Part shown: positions 56,970-64,000 of the stretch, one piece after another | Numbering within the stretch: position 1 is the stretch's first letter | Layout of the letters: each line of letters begins with the position of its first letter | Assembly (NCBI RefSeq): GCF_009914755.1 | Contig: NC_060925.1 | Reading direction: 5' to 3' (one strand) | DNA length: 64,000 nt | DNA from: the human T2T-CHM13v2.0 reference genome, Homo sapiens | Position numbers and translations under genes: made by a program | Notes under the pieces: generated by a model | Databases searched by the model: none | What the model was told of the DNA's origin: nothing | What the model saw: the letters and a program-made list of their open reading frames with translations, nothing else

Positions 56970-57117
56970 TCTGAGAGATAAAGAGGGAGAGAGAAAGAGC
57001 CATAGCATGTGCATGTATGTGAGAGAGAGCGACGGAGAGACAGATACAGAGAGACAGAAAGACGCACACACACAGAGTAAGAGAAGGAGACAGAGAGCAG
57101 AGAGGGAGAGAGAAAAA
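56970..57117. repeat. GA-rich low-complexity tract
   Basis: Degenerate (GA)n/(GACA)n. Confidence 0.7.
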
Positions 57118-57506
57118 GTAGTTTCTGTGGCAGTTTCCAAAATTTGCTACATTTTCTGGAGGTAATCAGCTAAAACTTTCTCCAACTCCTTATGTGTTAC
57201 CTGGGGTCAGGGCAGTTTATTATGATAAACATTGATATGAACATAGAAAATGTGAATTCCAATATTGACATCAACATGCATCAGCTTTGTGTCTTTGGGC
57301 AAGTTACTTCCTCTTTCTAGACCTCAGATTTCCCATCTCTAAAATGAGAATAATATCATTTACCTTATATCGGTGTTGGAAAACCTAAATGAGAGTTTGT
57401 ACTTTGAAATGCTAATGTGTTGGGCACCTTTAAAATCATCACAAAAATGTGGAGCCTTCTCCCTTAGGTTATATTTTTCCTTCTCAGTATTCTAAATATA
57501 GCGCAT

Positions 57507-57552
<46 letters not shown>
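57507..57552. repeat. (ATAG)n tetranucleotide STR
   Basis: About 11 perfect units. Confidence 0.95.
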
Positions 57553-57834
57553 TGTGCATATAAAAAGATTGTGTATATATAAAGATTGTGTATTGCTTAG
57601 GCATTTCTATATTTACTCCAGCAATCCTTTTTTTGTGTGTACTTCATAAATCTAGTTTAGGCTACTGCGATGTTAGGTATCTATTTAGTTGTTTTTATAC
57701 TTTTATTAGTCTTCCTGATAATCCACAAGTATGGAATTAGATACTATCTGTGATTGTGAATATTTTTTCTTGTTATAACTCTAACTAAATTTAAAAAGAA
57801 TTACAGAAACAAAATTTGGAAAGATCCTTAGAGG

Positions 57835-58010
57835 ACATTACTTTCAAAGCCAGCTGAATAAAACTTGCCTGGGGAGCTTGGTAAAAATACAGACATCACA
57901 ATCCAACTCCATAGATTTGGATTTAGTAGGTATGGAAAAGTACCCAGAAACTAGTGCTTTTATGAATCTCTCCAGGGGATTCTGATGCACAGCCAAGTTT
58001 GAGAAGCAAT
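57835..58010. mobile_element. MER5-like hAT fossil
   Basis: cctggggagcttggtaaaaatacaga...ctccaggggattctgatgcacagccaagtttgagaagcaatg. Confidence 0.7.
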
Positions 58011-59406
58011 GTAATATAGACGAGCAGTTTTCAAAAGTTGTTCAATCAGTGGAACACTCCTTTAATTCTTTACTTGAAACCCCAACATATAAAACTAATA
58101 AAAGCACAACTGTTCTAATTGAAGGGAATGATAAACACCTCATCAGCTCCCCTTCTCTCAAAACCTGAGAACTACTGAGGAACTCCAGTAAGGACCAGAG
58201 GCTGGAAATGATTGACCTAGACCAAGCCTTTCATAATATTACTCATAGTCATTCGGCTCCAGTTTAAATGCTACCAGTGACATGAGATCTCTCATTTATA
58301 AATAGCCTTTGCTACTGAGATGTAGTTATTTATTTACTAGTAATATGTTGCTCCCTTAGAGTTCTGTAGGCTTGTGTATTGACATAATTAAATAATTGTT
58401 GGATTAAGTATAAAACTAACAAACCCACACACCTACAGTGAACTCATTTTTGACACAGGTGCTAAGAACATACATTAAGGAAAAGACAGTCTTTTCAATA
58501 AATGGTACTGGGAAGACTTGATATCCATATGAAGAAGAATAAAATTAGACCCCTATCTCTTGCCATATACAAAAATCAAATCAAAATGGATTAAAGGCTT
58601 AAATCTAATACCTCAAACTATGAAACCACTACAAGAAAACATTGGGGAAAATCTCTAGGATATTGGTTTGGGCAAAAATTTCTTGAGCAATACCCCACAA
58701 GCACAAGAAACCAAAGCAAAAATGGACAAATGAGAGCACATCAAGTTAAAAAGCTTCTGTGACGCAAAAGATACCATCAAAAAAGTGAAGCAACAACCAA
58801 CAGAATAGGAGAAAACATTTGTAAACTACCCATCTGACAAGGGATGTATAAGGAGTTCAAACAACTCTATAGAAAAAAGTCTAATATACTGATCAAAAAA
58901 CCGGCAAAAGATTCAAATATACATTTCTTAAAAGAAGACACACAAATGGCAAATAAGAATATGAAAATGTACTCAACATCATCACTGAAAATCAGAGAAA
59001 TGCAAATCAAAACTACAATGAGATAGCATCTCACCCCAGTTAAAATGGCTTATATCCAAAACAGAGGCAATAACAAATGCTGGTGAGGATGTGGAGAAAA
59101 GGGAACAACTGTACACTGTTGGTGGGCATGTAAATTAGTACAACCACTATGGAGAACAGTTTGGAGGTTCCTCAAAAGAATAAATACTGAGCTACCATAT
59201 GATCCAGCAATCCCACTTCTTGGTATATACCCAAAAGAAAGGAAATCAATATATTAAAGAGATGTCTGCTTTCCTATATTTGTTGCAGCTCTGTTTACAA
59301 TAGCTAAAATTTGTAAGCAACCTAACTGTCCATCAACACATGAATTAATGATGAAAATGTGGTACATACACACAATGGAGTAGTATTCAGCCATAAGAAA
59401 GAACGA

Positions 59407-59702
<296 letters not shown>

Positions 59703-59953
59703 AGAGAGAGAGAGAGAAAAAGAATGAGATGCAGTCATTTGCAACAACGTGGATGGAATTGGAGATCATTATGTTAATGAAAATAAGCCAGGCTCAAAAA
59801 GACAAACATCACACGTTCTCACTCATTTGTGGGATCTAAAAATCAAAACAATTGAACTCATGGACATAGAGAGTAGAAGGATGGTTACCAGAGGCTGGAA
59901 AGGGTAGTAGAAGGGTATGGGAGAGGTGGGAATGGTTAATGGGTACAAAAATT

Positions 59954-60197
59954 ATATATAGTTAGAAAGAATGAATAAGACCTACCCATCTGACAAGGGA
60001 TAGAATATATAAGGAGTTCAAACAACTCTATAGAAAAAATTATAATAATCTGATGAAAAAATGGGCAAAAGATTCAAATAGACATTTCTTAAAAGAAGAC
60101 ATACAAATGGCAAATATATAGTTAGAAAGAATGAATAAAACCTACCCATCTGACAAAGGATAGAATGTATAAGGAGTTTAAACAACACTATAGAAAA
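59954..60197 (+). repeat. Templated insertion of 58826-58955 plus a 160-bp-period duplication inside the L1 3' UTR
   Basis: 59982-60116 matches 58826-58955, and 59954-60037 is repeated at 60114-60197. Confidence 0.9.
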
Positions 60198-61579
60198 ACA
60201 CACAACTATAGTCACAATAACGTAATCTTATATTTTGAAATAAATTAAACAGAGTGATTGGGTTGTTTGTAACTCAAAGGATAAATGCTTGTGGGGATGG
60301 ATACCCCATTCTCCATGATATGTTTATCTCACATTGTATGTCTGTATCAAACCATCTCATTTACCCAATATATAATATATATATATATATTCACCTAATA
60401 TGTACCCACAAAAATTAAAAATTAAAAAGTATAAAACTAAAATTCTTCCTAGTGTGAACACAATCCTTAGTCCTTCTTCTCACCCCTGACTCTCAGTATT
60501 CTAATCACTCTCTTTTCCATCTCCTTAAATATTTTCTAAGTGTCTTTTTTTTTCTTTCCCAATAGCCATGTAACTAAATAACAACATACAGAAGTAGACA
60601 ACGTTTTGTCATTGCTTAAAAAAAATATAATATGGAGATCCTATTTCTGTGACAAAGATAAAAAAGTAAACTGGCTTCCATGTGTCATTTCTTGATATAG
60701 TTTATAAATATCACAAGTTTTTTTTTTTCTGCTTATTCTACAGCACTTACATACAAAATTGTCTTTGAGGACTTTTTCTGTGCTCAGCCATGTATTAGTG
60801 TTGTATGTACAAAAGTCAGTCATATTCAGCTTCTGTCCTTCATGAATTCACAAGGTAGAAGAGGAGACTAACAGTTGTAATATAATGAAGTAAGTGCCAA
60901 ATGAGACCAAAAAAGGGAAGGTGACTAGCTACAGGAAGAGGTGCTATTTGAATTGCACCAAGAAGAGTTAATAGAAGAAACAGAAAAGGAAAGGAGAGAA
61001 AGAATAGGCCAGTAAAGTTCAAGAAAGCAGTTTCTTTTAGAAACAAAACAAAAAACAAACAATAACAACAACAACCCAGAAAAAGAAAAGGAATATTTGG
61101 AATGTTTACCAAAATAATCATGAGGAACACAACATCCCTAAGAAATTCCTACAATTCTTATTTGTGAATTCTAAATAAATCTAAGCTTTGGAAGAAAAAT
61201 TATTTCAACTGCATCATTATTCAAAAAATCATTCGATTAATATTGGCAATATGGACTTTACTTTGTTAAAGAATCTATGGATCAAAGGTGTGTTGCGACG
61301 AGGTAGGAATCATTATTTTCATTATTAACCTTATAGAACTATTTGACTTTTTAAACTATGTATGTAAAACTTAAAAGTTAAAGTTAAGTTAGAAAAAAGT
61401 ATACAGGATGTTATGTCATCATTTATTAAAAATTCAGAGAATGAGTAAAAGAGGGCTTTGTGATAATTACAGGAAAAGCATTATATCAACAAAAGAGAGA
61501 AATTTATTTTACATTAAAGGAAAAAAATTGCTATGGATCAGCAGGCGAGGTTGTACATCGTCAATTCAGCATTACTGAC

Positions 61580-61881
61580 AGCTTCCTGTAAGTCAGTTTA
61601 ACAAAGAATCCTGCTAAGCCAACTTAGCAAGAATCCCCTGCCCTTGATATTCAATCAAACTTCTCTTCCTCCATCATCGATACCTAACCAAGTTCCTCTT
61701 AGTAATTTTCCATCCACTCCCTCATCGCAGTTGGCGTTAAATCCCTATTTGTTCTTTTGTATTAGGAGCTGAGTTCAATCTCTCTTTATTACAATAGTTT
61801 TGACCCTTACTACAAGTCTTGAAAAAAATATTCCTTGCAATTTTTACTAAGTGTCCAGGGCGAAAATTTTTTTCTTTAACA
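61580..61881 (+). mobile_element. ERV1 LTR (MER31-like), possibly followed by an internal fragment to ~62430
   Basis: aagaatcctgctaagccaacttagcaagaatcccctgcccttgatat...ggagctgagttcaatctctc...tttttctttaaca. Confidence 0.65.
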
Positions 61882-62929
61882 GTGGCAAGAAAAAAATCCA
61901 ATTTTAGTCAAATTCTTTTACACTAATTATAATGTAACAATTTAAATATTCTCTTTAGTGAATCTTTTTGTTTATTCCCTTCTTCCTATGTTCCCTTAGA
62001 ATGGTGCCTGAGTGTGTAGGAGAGCCTTACTTGACCTTGTGCTAATCTCTGCATGTGTGCCAACTTGAGTCCACCAGTGTTTTGCAGGCTTTATCCTATC
62101 TTTGATTGTTAGGAACCTCTCTTTGACTGATAAAATTGTGGTCTATTATTTTTCAGCTTGATTCAGACCCGGTGGCCCCTCTCTGCTGGGTAAGCCTTTG
62201 CTAGGCTCTCAGTAGTTCTGAAGACATTTTGAGTTTCTATGAAACACTTCATCTGGCACCTGGTTTATCTCTGCCTCTGAAAAATACCTGCATGACCAAG
62301 AACTATTGTATAATGACACCTGGCTTCCACTATGGCTCCATAGGATTCTTACCAGTTCTCGTATCTGTGTCCATGCCACACACCAGCAAAGGGACCCGCT
62401 AAATTACAAAATAGACCCTCTTTGTGGTTGACCATGATTCCCATGTTAGCATGGATTTGTTCTGTATGGTGACCTCTTCAGATCACTAATGGGGACTACA
62501 GCTAGAGTCCTCCCCATCTACGATTTTCAAGCTATCAATTTCTCATGAATCTGTATCTTCAATCCAATATCTCACCAACTTCGCTCTCATCTTCAGTTGT
62601 CTCTACTCATAATTATCCCTGGATGAAAAAGGAGTAAAGTTCCCTTTTACTGCTTCTATGTTACATCCTGAGGTAGCTTCCTTTCATTATGGAATAAATT
62701 CTATGATGTGATCCAAAAGCCCAGTGCTTTATATTTCAAATAGGAGGTAAAGGATTAAAAAACAAATAGAAAAATAAAACAAACCAACTTTTTACTTTTA
62801 AAATACTGTTTAACCTGCTATAACATAATATTGAATTTTTATTTCTCTAGGAATTTCTTTTATAGCAATCCTAATGCCCATTTCAAGCCCCTCAAACATA
62901 CAACAAAAAGGAACAAAAAGCAGAAACAA

Positions 62930-64000
62930 AATTCTTCAGTAAGAGAACAGTAAGATTAAGCAGATTGGTAAGGAGGACAAATGCAAGATATAATACAGAA
63001 ATCAATGGCTTTTTTATACTAGCAATGTGGCTTGAAATTGAAATGGTATGAAATTATACATTTACAATAACAACAAAAACTATCAGATACTAAGGTGTTA
63101 ATTTAACAAGAAAATTCAAGATCTAAGTGAAGAACAACATGAAAAGCTTATTATTAAGGGGCACAAAACCAAAACAAGCAAATGAAGATCTATACTATAT
63201 TCTTAGATGGGAAAACTTAGTATCATTAAAATGTAAGTTTCCCCAAAAATTAATATATATTTTTTAGTTCCAACACCACAGATTTTTTAAAGGGATATGG
63301 ATAAAGTATCTTAAAGTTAGTATATCAGAATTATAGGAACTCATAAAGAAACAGGTAATGGAAGAATATTCATTCCACCTGATATTAAAAATTATTATAT
63401 ATTTTCTGCAATTCAATTGTATTGTCATAGGAAGAAAAAATAGATCAATGGAACAAAACTAGTAGTTTAGAAATATAACACAGCATAAGTGGAGATCCAC
63501 TATTTGACAAAGGTGGTTTTAATTAATCAGCAAATATATAATTTATTTAATAAAGAATGTTGGAACAACTGGCCATCCATCTGGCAATACATAAAGCTGA
63601 ACTGGTACCTCATACATGAAGAGATACAAAAATAAATCCAAATGTGTTAAGAAACTAAATGTAAAATGAAATACATAAAGAAAGATAGATATGCGAATAT
63701 AACTTTGGATAGGGAAAACTTCTTAAACAAAATGAAAAATCCAGAAGTTTTAAAAGATAAGATAGCTATATTTAACTATGTAGAAATTAAACATTTTTTG
63801 TATGGAAAATAATACCACAAAACAGTAAAAAATAGATTAAAAAATATTTTCAACATATTTAACAGAAAAAAAAATTGCTAACCATAGTACAAAAAGAACT
63901 TTTTCCAAATTCATAAGAAAAAGTCAAACCACTTAATAGAGAAATAATCAAATAATACGAACACATAAATAACTGGAGAACAAATCCAAATGTAATTAAT
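62930..64000 (+). mobile_element. Old L1ME-like ORF2 fragment
   Basis: caagatataatacagaaatcaatggc...atagatcaatggaaca...atttgacaaaggtgg...tggaacaactggccatccatctgg. Confidence 0.75.

Overview
AT-rich primate (human-like) nuclear DNA, mostly decayed interspersed repeats (Alu, L1, L2, MIR, MaLR/ERV1 LTRs, hAT fossils). I recognise no protein-coding gene, and the supplied ORFs are repeat-derived or chance. The main feature is a ~3.46 kb nuclear mitochondrial insertion (NUMT, ~14038-17499, minus strand). It runs partial tRNA-Tyr, COX1, tRNA-Ser(UCN), tRNA-Asp, COX2, tRNA-Lys, ATP8, ATP6, 5' COX3. It is disabled but keeps ancestral, non-human-like residues, so it is a fossil of an old primate mitogenome. 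Other structures are a two-LTR THE1 element with a nested antisense THE1 LTR and intact DUX4-type motifs pointing at the NUMT, and a ~10.4 kb nested L1 stack. There are also several locally templated duplications or insertions (24.1, 48.1, 52.7 and 60.0 kb, and in the NUMT), and a speculative phase-compatible chain of minus-strand exons. Repeat subfamily names and cross-species comparisons come from remembered consensus sequences and were not checked by alignment. I found no convincing novel biological system.
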